From Macrostomum lignano (taxonomy: Eukaryota): DNA of 64,000 bases. The position numbers and the translations under genes are program-made. The DNA lies in contig NIVC01000016.1 in NCBI GenBank assembly GCA_002269645.1, positions 496,001 through 560,000 of the forward strand, written 5' to 3'. Below the pieces are notes generated by a model. It was not told the origin of the DNA. It did no database searches and saw nothing but the letters and a program-made list of their open reading frames with translations. The first letter of the stretch is position 1, and the number at the start of each line of letters is the position of its first letter. Below are positions 36,975 through 61,695 of this stretch, piece by piece.

Positions 36975-38005
36975 AGTTCGTGAATTGTCTAGTTTGTGAA
37001 CTGTCTAGTTTGTGACTTGTCTAGTTTGTGAATTATCTGGCTTGTGAACTGTCTAGTTTGTTAATTGTGTATTTTGTGAAGTGTCTAGTTTGTAAGTTTC
37101 TATTTTGTGAATTATATAGATTGTGAAGTGTTTAGTTTGTGAATTATATAGATTGTGAAGTGTCTAGTTTGTGAATTTTCTAGCTTGTGAATTGTCTAGT
37201 TTGTGAATTGTGTATTTTGTGAAGTGTCTAGTTTGTAAGTTTCTATTTTGTGAATTATATAGATTGTGAAGTGTTTAGTTTGTGAATTATATAGATTGTG
37301 AAGTGTCTAGTTTGTGAATTTTCTAGCTTGTGAATTGTCTAGTTTGTGAATTGTGTATTTTGTGAAGTGTCTAGTTTGTGAAGTGTTTAGTTTGTGAATT
37401 ATATAGATTGTGAAGTGTCTAGTTTGTGAATTTTCTAGCTTGTGAATTGTCTAGTTTGTGAATTGTCTAGTTTGTGAATTGTGTATTTTGTGAAGTGTCT
37501 AGTTTGTGAAGTGTTTAGTTTGTGAATTTTCTAGCTTGTGAAGTGTCTAGTTTGTGAATTTTCTAGCTTGTGAAGTGTCTAGTTTGTGAATTTTCTAGCT
37601 TGTGAACTGTCTAGTTTGTTAATTGTGTATTTTGTGAAGTGTCTAGTTTGTAAGTTTCTATTTTGTGAATTATATAGATTGTGAAGTGTTTAGTTTGTGA
37701 ATTATATAGATTGTGAAGTGTCTAGTTTGTGAATTTTCTAGCTTGTGAATTGTCTAGTTTGTGAATTGTGTATTTTGTGAAGTGTCTAGTTTGTGAAGTG
37801 TTTAGTTTGTGAATTATATAGATTGTGAAGTGTCTAGTTTGTGAATTTTCTAGCTTGTGAATTGTCTAGTTTGTGAATTGTGTATTTTGTGAAGTGTTTA
37901 GTTTGTGAATTATATAAGTTTGTGAAGTGTCTAATTTGGGAATTTTCTAGGTTGTTAATTGTATAGCTTGTGAATTGTCTAGTTTGTGAATTGTATCGTT
38001 GTGAA
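36975..38005. repeat. 16-bp-based satellite (TTTGTGAA[T/G]TGTCTAG) with higher-order structure
   Basis: Direct inspection. Confidence 0.85.
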
Positions 38006-38457
38006 GAGTCTAGTTTGTGAAAAAGCTTGTAAAATTTTGTAAAACTTTACTCAGACTCACATAGACTTTCAACTTCTTTAGATGATCAGATGTTGAGTTT
38101 CGTTCTAAAAGAAGTATTATTGCGCTGCCGGTCCGTCTTGAGTGCGCAACGAGAATAGCCGTCCGTTTCAAGAGTCCATTTATGACTGGGCCGCGAGCCC
38201 TTAGGCTCCAAAAACTGATCGCACCCCATTGGCTTTCAGACCGCCGGATCTTCAGCAAGTGTATAGGAACTCATGTGAGTTTATTTTTAAACTTTCAATA
38301 ATTTTAACCCAGCCCGAACCATCCTGCCGGCCCTCCGACGGTACGTCTGACAGACGGTGGTAATTAGAAATGTGGACAAGGAGAACTGGATGTAATATCT
38401 GGACCGTGAATTACAGAGAGATGGGGCACTGCGAGGTCCACGGGCGCTGGGCCATTA

Positions 38458-38872
38458 AATTATCGATTGATTTCTTATCTTCTCTCATCTCTCCAATTAT
38501 CGATAACGATCGATAATCGATTGACTTCTCATCTTCTCTCATCTCTCCAATTATCGACAATGATCGAGATTATCGATTGATTTCTCATCTTCTCTCATCC
38601 CTCCAATTATCGATTATCGATTGATTTCTCATCTTCTCTCATCCCTCCAATTATCGATTATCGATTGATTTCTCATCTTCTCTCATCCCTCCAATTATCG
38701 ATTATCGATTGATTTCTCATCTTCTCTCATCCCCCCAATTATAGATTATTGATTAATTTCTCATCTTCTCTCATCCCTCAAATTATCGATAATGATCGAT
38801 AATCGATTAATTTCTGATCTTCTCTCCTCCCTCTAGTTATCGATAAGGATCAATTATTGATTGATTTCTTAT
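38458..38872. repeat. About 44-bp repeat rich in ATCGAT palindromes (ATTATCGATTGATTTCTCATCTTCTCTCATCCCTCCA)
   Basis: Direct inspection. Confidence 0.85.
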
Positions 38873-39522
38873 CTAAGATTCCTTTTGCCTTTCAAGGGTA
38901 ATTTTCTAGATTTATTTATTTTCATTTGTCAGTTTTAACTTTACTATTTACTATATTCAATTCTTATCAAAATCCTACGCCTAGCTGTAGATCCAACTCT
39001 CCTTGCACAGGTGGGGTGGGTAAGTTCTATTCAGCCATGCAGGAAGATCATCAGTCATTCACCTGGCGCCTTGACCCGGAGCCCGGGTTTCATAATTCAC
39101 TTGTGAGTTGCTTTTTTTAGCCTGCCGGTGCCACCCCCAATCCCCGATTATGGGGTGAATCTTGTCGCTGATGAGCACTTCATCTGGCGGGGAACCAGGC
39201 TATTGAGCTGGGGATGGGCTGCGGCACCTCTGATACGCCAGACTGATTGATAGTGCAAAAGATATTGCCGATATTTCAATGGAGTGTGATCGGGGACATT
39301 GCGAGTGACTGGGGTGTGATCGGGGCCATTTTAACAGATTGGGGTGTGATCCGGGCAAATATTATAGAAATTTTCTAGTGCAAAGGGCGTGGCTGCAAAA
39401 AGAATTTTTCTTGACGGTTTTGAATAGAAAATGCGCGCTTCAGATTTCCAAAGAAACCTGCCAGCCAAATCCACTGCCAGTCGCGATAATAAGTCTCACC
39501 TTGACAGAACGCGTGAAAACAA

Positions 39523-41501
<1,979 letters not shown>

Positions 41502-41794
41502 CACATTGTCAAGAGACTCTGGATGCGGGAGCCGCATCTGGACGGGGACTGTATCCAGAAAATCAATTTGATTAGACTCTTTTTAGATTACCAAAGAGCA
41601 GCCCGCATTGTGCCTCTGACATTTTGACAAAGGAAACGATTTATGCTGGCAGTTTGAGGCTCTGAGTGATTACTTCTATCTCTTGTATTTCATAGACAAA
41701 TGCCACCTGCTGAGGTGAATTCTGCTGCTAATTCAGTGGCAATTCAAAGCGATCAGAAGTGTCTGCCATGTGCGCAATTTTGGAAACTGCCAAC

Positions 41795-42567
41795 TTTGTC
41801 TGTCTGTAGGCGCTACATGCTGTAAACTGTATCTGTCTGTAGGCACTGTATGCTGTAAACTGTATCTGTCTGTAGGCACTGTGTGCTGTAAACTGTATTT
41901 GTCTGTAGGCACTGTGTGCTGTAAACTGTATTTGTCTGTAGGCACTGTATGCTGTAAACTGTATTTGTCTGTAGGCACTGTGTGCTGTAAACTGTATTTG
42001 TCTGTAGGCACTGTGTGCTGTAAACTGGATCTGTCTGTAGGCACTGTGTGCTGTAAACTGTATTTGTCTGTAGGCACTGTGTGCTGTAAACTGTATTTGT
42101 CTGTAGGCACTGTATGCTGTAAACTGTATTTGTCTGTAGGCACTGTGTGCTGTAAACTGTATTTGTCTGTAGGCACTGTGTGCTGTAAACTGTATTTGTC
42201 TGTAGGCACTGTGTGCTGTAAACTGTATTTGTCTGTAGGCACTGTGTGCTGTAAACTGGATCTGTCTGTAGGTACTGTGTGCTGTAAACTGTATTTGTCT
42301 GTAGGCACTGTGTGCTGTAAACTGTATTTGTCTGTAGGCACTGTGTGCTGTAAACTGTATTTGTCTGTAGGCACTGTATGCTGTAAACTGTATTTGTCTG
42401 TAGGCACTGTGTGCTGTAAACTGTATTTGTCTGTAGGCACTGTGTGCTGTAAACTGGATCTGTCTGTAGGCACTGTGTGCTGTAAACTGTATTTGTCTGT
42501 AGGCACTGTATGCTGTAAACTGTATCTGTCTGTAGGCACTGTGTGCTGTAAACTGTATTTGTCTGTA
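41795..42567. repeat. 33-bp minisatellite (CTGTAAACTGTATTTGTCTGTAGGCACTGTGTG), about 23 copies
   Basis: Direct inspection. Confidence 0.93.
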
Positions 42568-42851
42568 TCGTAGGCTGTACTGCATCAATATAGTTTAATA
42601 AATATTTTTTCTATTTAAAGTAAAATTTCCAATTCACAGAAAACAACCCCACCTTTCAGATGTCCACTGTAATTATATATGATCGCTGTATGTACACTAC
42701 TTATTAAACGTATACACACTGCATTGTCATTGTTTAGTGTCAGTCCAGCTCATTAAAACAAACGAAGGATTTGTTAATTCAAGTAATTTGTCCTGTTGCT
42801 CCATTATTTGCACAGCGCTAACTGTTTCTGAAGTCCGCGCTTCATTGCGCG

Positions 42852-44224
42852 TCAGCCCATTCTGAAATTCAATGGTTCATTTATCATATTACTGCCAGTA
42901 CGGTGCAACAAATATGTTGAAAATAAGTTTTAAGCTCTACTATTGGAACCTGATTCGTTCTCGGAGAAATCTGTATCTTGCGTACGACTGCCTGAGCAAC
43001 TCCATCAGCCGCTCAGCTTCTGACTGCCCTCTGCGACCGCGGATAAACAGCTCGCTGAAATAAAAAGGTGTGAGCAGGTCTCAGGTGTTAGAGTGAGCAG
43101 GTCTCAGGTGTGAGAGTGAGCAGGTCTCAGCTGTGAGAGTGAGCAGGTCTCAGGTGTGAGAGTGAGCAGGTCTCAGGTGTGAGAGTGAGCAGGTCTCAGC
43201 TGTGAGAGTGAGCAGGTCTCAGGTGAGAGAGTGAGCAGGTCTCAGGTGTGAGAGTGAGCAGGTCTCAGGTGAGAGAGTGAGCAGGTCTCAGGTGAGAGAG
43301 TGAGCAGGTCTCAGCTGTGAGAGCAGGTCTCAGGTATGAGACTGAGCAGGTATCAGGTGAGAGAGTGAGCAGGTCTCAGGTGTGAGAGTGAGCAGGTCTC
43401 AGTTGTGAGACTGAGCAGGTATCAGGTGTGAGAGTGAGCAGGTCTCAGGTGTGAGACTGAGCAGGTCTCAGCTGTGAGAGTGAGCAGGTCTCAGCTGTGA
43501 GAGTGAGCAGGTCTCAGGTGAGAGAGTGAGCAGGTCTCAGGTGAGAGAGTGAGCAGGTCTCAGGTGTGAGAGTGAGCAGGTCTCAGCTGTGAGACTGAGC
43601 AGGTCTCAGGTGTGAGAGTGAGCAGGTCTCAGGTGTGAGAGTGAGCAGGTCTCAGCTGTGAGAGTGAGCAGGTCTCAGCTGTGAGAGTGAGCAGGTATCA
43701 GGTGTGAGAGTGAGCAGGTATCAGGTGTGAGAGTGAGCAGGTCTCAGGTGTGAGAGTGAGCAGGTCTCAGGTGTGAGAGTGAGCAGGTCTCAGGTGAGAG
43801 AGTGAGCAGGTCTCAGGTGTGAGAGTGAGCAGGTCTCAGGTGTGAGAGTGAGCAGGTCTCAGGTGAGAGAGTGAGCAGGTCTCAGGTGAGAGAGTGAGCA
43901 GGTCTCAGGTATGAGAGTGAGCAAGTCTCAAGTGTGAGAGTGAGCAGGTCTCAGGTATGAGAGTGAGCAAGTCTCAAGTGTCAGAGTGAGCACGCCTCAG
44001 GTTTGAGAGTTGAAGCGACTATTTTAGCACTGTTTGAATGAGCCATTAATTTACCCAGTTGCCATGGCAACGCCGCTGTCCCTGAGCGACATCGCACGAG
44101 CCATCCCAGCTGCCGGTTCCGCCCTGAACGCCAGCTGGGGTGCCGGCTGGCCCAGCAGCAGCAGCCACAGCAGCAGACGCATCGGAAGCAGAGCCGCATT
44201 GAATCGGTGACCAGAGCGGGCCAT
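42852..44224 (-). CDS. NPY-superfamily-like neuropeptide precursor 4 (...YARYRFLRERIRM-amide); exons 44224-44055, 43054-42950, 42861-42852; 94 aa
   Basis: Hydrophobic signal segment (LLPMRLLLWLLLLG), RGRR cleavage site, two phase-2 introns; ATC AG|gttcca...tttcag|A ATG GGC TGA gives RIRMG*. Confidence 0.8.
43068..43990. repeat. 23-bp minisatellite (GAGTGAGCAGGTCTCAGGTGTGA)n in neuropeptide gene 4 intron 1
   Basis: Direct inspection. Confidence 0.92.
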
Positions 44225-44528
44225 GCTGGAACTGAAGCAGATTCGGGTTTTGTTATTCGGGTTGCATGTAATTTCAGTTTTACAGTCTTTGCTTATGAAA
44301 TGAAAATTAAAACACTTAAATTTGCTTTTTTGAAGCAAGTGTAGCTGTGAGATCAGCAGTGTCCTCTTGTTTTATATTTTCATTAATTCATCAGCAGCGT
44401 TCTACCACATCGAGTTTGTTGCAATTTGGGATTTCTGTAATAGCAGGAAGTTGCAATCAGTGGTCGGTCTCGAGTACAAAAGTTTCCCTGGCTGCACTGG
44501 GTTCCTTCCGGCTTGCTTGGCTCCATCT

Positions 44529-45589
44529 TCAGCCCATGCTGCAATGAGGATCAGGGATATTGATTGACAACTGTGACCCCCGACTTTCCTGTTGGCTTGT
44601 CCGGTTTAATCATCACCTGTTTACTGTGTGAGCACTTTCCTGTCTGCAGTGTAAACACCCTCTGTCTACAGTTTAAACACCCCTGTCTACAGTGTAAACA
44701 CCCCTGTCTACAGTGTAAACACCCCTGTCTACAGTTTAAACACCCCTGTCTACAGTTTAAACACCCCTGTCTACAGTTTAAACACCTTTGTCTACAGTGT
44801 AAACATCCCTGTCTACAGTGTAAACATCCCTGTCTACAGTGTAAACACCCCCTGTCTACAGTGTAAACACCCCTGTCTACAGTTTAAACACCTCTGTCTA
44901 CAGTGTAAACATCCCTGTCTACAGTGTAAACATCCCTGTCTACAGTGTAAACACCCCCTGTCTACAGTGTAAACACCTCATGTTCACAGTTTAAACACTC
45001 CTGTTGAAAGTGTAAACACCGCAGCGGCTCTCACCGAATCCGCTGGGTCAAGAAGTCATTCTTGGCTTTGAAGTCAGCCAGCTTGGCCAGCAGACGGGCC
45101 GCATTGAAGTCATTCGAGCCGCTGCGCTTCCATTCGGCCACGCTGTTTTTATTTTAAAATACATAAACTCTCATTAGACTACTATAACTGAGTAGTGCAA
45201 AACAAATTACGCTCTTAAATATCAGTTTCTAAAAGACAAAAAATGAAACTGAAAACTCAAACTGAAACAAAACCCCATGATTTCTATAATTTGAAGGTTT
45301 TGGGCAGCCCCAGTCGCTAGGCATCATGAAATGGGCTGGCTCAGAAGTACTAAAAATGACCAAAAATCGCTGAACCCCGCCTCAAAGGCCGAAGACAGAG
45401 CAGGACTCACTTGAAATTCGCCTGCTCGGCGGGATGGTAGGAGCCGTTGGGCACCGCCAGGTCGGCCTCGGAAGGCGCATAGCGATAGGCCGCGTCGCGA
45501 GGCCGTGAGGGCGCCGCCTGAGCCAGCTGGAGGCTCAGCAGCAGCAGCAGCACCAGCGGCGCAGCTTTGCAGGTTCCTTTGACGGGCAT
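44529..45589 (-). CDS. NPY-superfamily-like neuropeptide precursor 3 (...KNDFLTQRIRM-amide); exons 45589-45411, 45142-45035, 44538-44529; 98 aa
   Basis: Signal peptide (AAPLVLLLLLSLQLAQA), KR cleavage site, two phase-2 introns; ATT CG|gtgag...ttgcag|C ATG GGC TGA gives RIRMG*. Confidence 0.83.
44645..45020. repeat. 21-bp minisatellite (TGTCTACAGT[G/T]TAAACACCCC)n in neuropeptide gene 3 intron 2
   Basis: Direct inspection. Confidence 0.9.
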
Positions 45590-45675
45590 CTTGTTGCTTT
45601 TTTAGTTTCTTGACTTGTCTGCGAAATAGACCAGTTTGTGCAGGGGCTTCAACTCCACTGGGTGAGCCTTCTGAG

Positions 45676-46268
45676 GGACAAGAGAGGGAGGGACAAGAGA
45701 CCAGGACAAGGACAAGGACAAGGACAAGGGACAAGAGGAGGGACTCCCTCTCTTGTCCCTCCCTCTCTTGTCCCTCCCTCTCTTGTCCCTCCCTCTCTTG
45801 TCCCTCCCTCTCTTGTCCCTCCCTCTCTTGTCCCTCCCTCTCTTGTCCCTCCCTCTCTTGTCCCTCCCTCTCTTGTCCCTCCCTCTCTTGTCCCTCCCTC
45901 TCTTGTCCCTCCCTCTCTTGTCCCTCCCTCTCTTGTCCCTCCCTCTCTTGTCCCTCCCTCTCTTGTCCCTCCCTCTCTTGTCCCTCCCTCTCTTGTCCCT
46001 CCCTCTCTTGTCCCTCCCTCTCTTGTCCCTCCCTCTCTTGTCCCTCCCTCTCTTGTCCCTCCCTCTCTTGTCCCTCCCTCTCTTGTCCCTCCCTCTCTTG
46101 TCCCTCCCTCTCTTGTCCCTCCCTCTCTTGTCCCTCCATCTCTTGTCCCTCCCTCTCTTGTCCCTCCCTCTCTTGTCCCTCCCTCTCTTGTCCCTCCCTC
46201 TCTTGTCCCTCCCTCTCTTGTCCCTCCCTCTCTTGTCCCTCCCTCTCTTGTCCCTCCTTCTCTTGTCC
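45676..46268. repeat. 15-bp minisatellite (CTCTTGTCCCTCCCT)n preceded by an inverted block of the same unit
   Basis: Direct inspection. Confidence 0.92.
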
Positions 46269-46649
46269 GACTGAGAGATGGAGCTCAGTCGGACCTTCTG
46301 AGCTAAGCTTCGGTAGCAAACGAATTAAGCTTCAGATCCAGTTTCTTAGCGCCGCATGGCTTGCCCGCAGAGGTTCCCATTATGTTATTCTACTGAAAAT
46401 GTTCGGCCAGCCTTACCTTTAAGCTGATATGCAGAAGGTTCTGTTTCAACAGAGAATTTGAGTTTTTTCTTGTCTGAAAAACTGTTGAAGGCGAAGACAG
46501 ATCTCGGAGTTGGGCGAGAATTTATCCAGAAACGAGTGGAGAATCTGGGAGCGGCTCAGTTGGCCAATCACAGATCAGAGACCAAATAAGACTCTGGCTT
46601 TCGGGTGATGATGATTTTGTTTCTGACTGAGGAACGAAGACTGAGAAGG

Positions 46650-46930
46650 AGAAAGAGGGGGGAGAGGGGGAGCGAGAGGGAGAGAAGAGAGAGGAAGAGA
46701 TAGGGGGAGTGAGAAGCAGAGAAAGAGGGAGAAGAGAGGTAGAGAGAGTGTGAAGAGGGGTAGAGGGAGAGAGAGAGAGAGAGAGCGAGAGAGGGAGCGA
46801 GAGAGAGAGAGGGAGAGAGAGGGGGCGAGAGAGAGAGCGAGAGATAGCGAGAGAGAGAGCGAGAGAGAGAGCGAGAAGGAGAGAGAACGCGAGAGAGTGG
46901 GGGAAAAAGAGAGAGAGCGAGAGCGAGAGA
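46650..46930. repeat. GA-rich low-complexity tract
   Basis: Direct inspection. Confidence 0.8.
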
Positions 46931-47509
46931 AGTCACTGCGTGTCGAGTTGTTGTAATTAATTGTCGACCGGTTTCAACCCCCGAGGCTCTTCGTCAGGCC
47001 TGAAGAGGGAAGAGATCCCTTCCCAATCAGTTTGGGTGATGACAGGAGCTCCACGCGAGTCGCACAGCGGTTGTCAAACTCCGACAGCATCCGGCACAGC
47101 ACCGACCTCAGCCGGTCTCGGTTTGCCCTTAATTGGGCTTAGGAAAGAGTAGAAGAAAGGAAAATACAAGACAGACAGACGGACAGAGAAGGGTACAGAG
47201 AAGTGCAGAGCTTCATTTTGTGTTTTTCTGTTTTGTCTGAACGAAGAATCGAAAGATGAAAACAAAATAATTCGAGGCCTTTCTTTCCGCGTGGTTTGCA
47301 AAGAGTGACAAGATAATCTGTGATTGTGATTTAGGTCTCAAGTTCAGTGACTTTAATCTAGCGGGAGCTGGTGACCCCTGATGCACCTGCTTCTGTTGAC
47401 GTCTTTCACTGTGTTGATTCAGCGTGTGCGGCTGAGGCCGAGTCAGTTTCTGTATAGGAAAATTAGGGCTCATTTTCAGGTCGACTCACCCAATTGACTC
47501 ATCCAATCG

Positions 47510-47765
47510 GTGAGTCGACAAGTTGGTGATTCGACCGTCGATGCTAAGTTGGTGAATCGGTGCGTCGATAAGTTAGTGAATCGACAAGTCGATGCTAAGT
47601 TGGTGAATCAGCAAGTCGATGCTAAGTTGGTGAATCAGCAAGTCGATGCTAAGTTGGTGAATCGGTGAGTCAGTGATGAGTTGGTGAATCAGTGAGTCAG
47701 TGAAGAGTTGGTGAATCCGTGAGTCAGTGAAGAGTTGGTGAATCGGAGAGTCGATACTGAATTAG
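47510..47765. repeat. About 27-bp degenerate repeat (GATGCTAAGTTGGTGAATC...)
   Basis: Direct inspection. Confidence 0.75.
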
Positions 47766-48204
47766 TGAAAGCAATGGGATCCATTATTTGAAATCCAGCA
47801 GTCAGGGAGAGATGCCCCGTCTGTAATCTTGAATTTTATATTTTCCAGAATCCAAAATTGAGCACATCAGTGAAATGCAAATCACTGGAATTGAAAATTC
47901 CGATTCGAACCCGCGTCCCTCAGCCTGCATGTTCGGCTGGTGGGAGTCAGGGCTTGCATCCGAAATTAAGGGAGGGGGGTTAACGGACCAGACCGAGTTC
48001 ACGCGTGCCGCCGCATCTTAAGAGACCCCGTCGTGTCTCATCGAATATTCCCCCCCCCTGCCGATTTAATATTCGATTTACCTTTGTTCCCAAAATTGGG
48101 ATCTTGTCGGGACTTGAATCTCCAATTGCTTGCGGGAGAGATGCGACTGGAATTAATGCGGGGAGGAATTGCTGTTCGGTTTCACAGGGCTCACTGAGAC
48201 TCAT

Positions 48205-48647
48205 TGAGTGAGTGAATGAGTGAGTGAGTGTCTGAGTGAGTGAGTGTGTGAGTGAGTGAGTGAGTGAGTGAGTGAGTGAGTGAGTGAGTGAGTGAGTGAG
48301 TGAGTGAGTGAGTGAGTGAGTGAGTGAGTGAGTGAGTGAGTGAGTGAGTGAGTGAGTGAGTGAGTGAGTGAGTGAGTGAGTGAGTGAGTGAGTGAGTGAG
48401 TGTCTGAGTGAGTGAGTGTCTGAGTGAGTGAGTGAGTGAGTGAGTGAGTGAGTGAGTGAGTGAGTGAGTGAGTGAGTGAGTGAGTGAGTGAGTGAGTGAG
48501 TGAGTGAGTGAGTGAGTGAGTGAGTGAGTGAGTGAGTGAGTGTCTGAGTGAGTGAGTGAGTGAGTGAGTGAGTGAGTGAGTGAGTGAGTGAGTGAGTGAG
48601 TGAGTGAGTGAGTGAGTGAGTGAGTGAGTGAGTGAGTGAGTGAGTGA
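48205..48647. repeat. (GAGT)n microsatellite
   Basis: Direct inspection. Confidence 0.95.
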
Positions 48648-49469
48648 AATTTAGTCATGCCAAATCACAGGAAGCCGCACAAAAGTAAGTTAAATGCCTG
48701 AGCAGACAGAGTAAATGAATTACTGATGCATGAGTAGCATGTATACCATGAGGTCTATATTGCTTTATTCACAAGTCTGTCAGTGCAAGCTGTCTGTTTT
48801 ACTGAAATAAACAAAGATAATTCGCTTACATATTCTCAGAATTTGCAACAAAATTGCAGTGCATATCAAAGAAAATCTGTGAGAAGCTCAGGACTTTAAA
48901 TAAATTATTATTGTTATAGAGGTACTGCGCTCGTTCACAAAAGTAGTCAGTAGTGAGGGGCATTATTCACATTAGTTATTTACAGTTCTTTGTGGTGGTA
49001 CAGTTTTACAATGGCAATCCAACAGACTTTGACCATTGCTAATATTTTAGTTAATAAAAATACTTACACTCAATAAGGTGTATATCACCGATTCGTAATC
49101 AGGCCAGCATTATCCTAGGGACGGGGCAAGCGGCGGTTAAGCAAGCAGATCGAATGAATCCGAGGCGGAGAAAAAAACTGCTTTAAAAGCGCCAACTACG
49201 AATGTTTACAGCAGCAAACCTGTGCATTAAGTTTTTACTGCGTCTACTGACAAGTAGGATGAAAGCGCATGAACAGATAAACTATAAAAATCTCGTTGAT
49301 TGCGGCAGGAAGAAGTAAAATCGACAAGCTGGCGAAGTGGGCGGCATCAAAATTGGAAAGGTTTTTACTAAGATTAAATATTGAGCGCCTTGAACTTCTA
49401 AGGAAATTCTTTGACTCTACCATGCCACTGATTTAAGGTTAGGAAAGCTCTTAGCCGCCAATTCAATTT

Positions 49470-49880
49470 AGCATCCACCTCACGCCACGACACCCACCCC
49501 AACCCCGTAGGCCAGCCGCCAATTAAAATTAGCACCCACCCACTCCAACCCCGGAGGCCAGCCGCCGATTCCGTATAGCACCCACCTCACGCCACGGCAC
49601 CCACTCCAACCCCGTAGGCCAGCCGCCAATTCCGTTTAGCACCCACCTCACGCCACGGCACCCACTCCAACCCCGTAGGCCAGCCGCCAATTCAATTTAG
49701 CACCCACCCACTCCAACCCCGTAGGCCAGCCGCCAATTCCGTTTAACACCCACCTCACGCCACGGCACCCACTCCAACCCCGTAGGCCAGCCGCCAATTC
49801 CGTTTAGCACCCACCTCACACACCGACACCCACCTCGACATTGTAGGCCAGTCACCAATTTAATTTAACACCCACCTCAC
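49470..49880. repeat. About 61-bp tandem repeat (CCCACCTCACGCCACGGCACCCACTCCAACCCCGTAGGCCAGCCGCCAATT...)
   Basis: Direct inspection. Confidence 0.8.
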
Positions 49881-50002
49881 ACCCTGACACTCATTGACCT
49901 CCGCTCCTTAATTCAGTCATCAGTCTATAATACTTTTAAAAGTTCTTGAAACTACCAGCCGCTCAAAATTCAACCTCAGTATCAATATTTCCACGCGGCG
50001 GC

Positions 50003-59787
<9,785 letters not shown>

Positions 59788-59904
59788 CTGCAGTGTGAGT
59801 TCGGGGTGGAGCTGCCTTGGCAACAGAGCGATGATGGGACTGGTGATAGGCATCAGCTGATTAAGATCTGCTGATTGGGATCTGCTGATTGGGATCTAGT
59901 TCTA

Positions 59905-61695
59905 ATCCTGACTCTTCGTGACTTTTCCTGACTCTTCCTGACTCTTCGTGACTCTTCGTGACTTTTCCTGACTCTACCTGACTCTTCCTGACTCTTCTTG
60001 ACTCTTCCTGACTCTTCCTGACTCTTTCTGACTCTTCCTGACTCTTCCTGACTCTTCCTGACTCTTCCTGACTCTTCCTGACTCTTCCTGACTCTTCCTG
60101 ACTCTACCTGACTCTTCCTGACTCTTCCTGACTCTTCCTGATTCTTCCTGACTCTTCCTGACTCATCCTGACTCTTCCTGACTCTTTCTGATTCTTCCTG
60201 ACTCTTCCTGATTCTACCTGACTCTTCCTGACTCTTCCTGACTCTTCCTGACTTTTCCTGACTCTTCGTGACTTTTCCTGACTCTTCTTGACTCCTCCTG
60301 ACTCTTCCTGACTCTTCCTGACTCTTCCTGACTCCTCCTGACTCCTCCTGACTCTACCTGACTCTTCCTGACTCTTCCTGACTCTTCCTGACTCTACCTG
60401 ACTCTTCCTGACTCTACCTGACTCTTCCTGACTCTTCCTGACTCTTCCTGACTCTTCCTGACTCCTCCTGACTCTTCCTGACTCTTCCTGACTCTTCCTG
60501 ACTCTTCCTGACTCTACCTGACTCTTCCTGACTCTACCTGACTCTTCCTGACTCTACCTGACTCTTCCTGACTCTTCCTGACTCCTCCTGACTCTTCCTG
60601 ACTCTTCCTGACTCCTCCTGACTCTTCTCTGACTCCTCCTGACTCTTCCTGACTCCTCCTGACTCCTCCTGACTCTTCCTGACTCTTCCTGACTCTTCCT
60701 GACTCTACCTGACTCTTCCTGACTCTTCCTGACTCTTCCTGACTCCTCCTGACTCCTCCTGACTCTACCTGACTCTTCCTGACTCTACCTGACTCTTCCT
60801 GACTCTTCCTGACTCCTCCTGACTCTTCTCTGACTCTACCTGACTCTTCCTGACTCTTCCTGACTCCTCCTGACTCTTCCTGACTCCTCCTGACTCCTCC
60901 TGACTCTTCCTGACTCTTCCTGACTCTTCCTGACTCTTCCTGACTCCTCCTGACTCTTCCTGACTCCTCCTGACTCCTCCTGACTCTTCCTGACTCTTCC
61001 TGACTCTTCCTGACTCTACCTGACTCTTCCTGACTCTTCCTGACTCTTCCTGACTCTTCCTGACTCTACCTGACTCTTCCTGACTCTACCTGACTCTTCC
61101 TGACTCTTCCTGACTCCTCCTGACTCTTCCTGACTCTTCCTGATTCTACCTGACTCTTCCTGACTCTTCCTGACTCTTCCTGACTCTTCCTGACTCCTCC
61201 TGACTCTTCCTGACTCTTCCTGACTCTTCCTGACTCTACCTGACTCTTCCTGACTCTTCCTGACTCTTCCTGACTCTTCCTGACTCTACCTGACTCTTCC
61301 TGACTCTACCTGACTCTTCCTGACTCTACCTGACTCTTCCTGACTCTTCCTGACTCCTCCTGACTCTTCCTGACTCTTCCTGACTCCTCCTGACTCTTCT
61401 CTGACTCTACCTGACTCTTCCTGACTCTTCCTGACTCCTCCTGACTCTTCCTGACTCCTCCTGACTCCTCCTGACTCTTCTCTGACTCTACCTGACTCTT
61501 CCTGACTCTTCCTGACTCTTCCTGACTCTTCCTGACTCTTCCTGACTCTTCCTGACTCTTCCTGACTCTTCCTGACTCTTCCTGACTCTTCCTGACTCTT
61601 CCTGACTCTTCCTGACTCTTCCTGACTCCTCCTGACTCTTCCTGACTCTTCTCTGACTCTACATGACTCTTCCTGACTCTTCCAGTCTCTTCCAG
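59905..61695. repeat. 10-bp satellite (CCTGACTCTT)n, about 1.8 kb
   Basis: Direct inspection. Confidence 0.95.

Noticed and set aside
39011-39019. 9-nt AG|GTGGGGTGG|GTAAGT microexon-like pattern
   Set aside because: No plus-strand host gene identified; such patterns arise by chance
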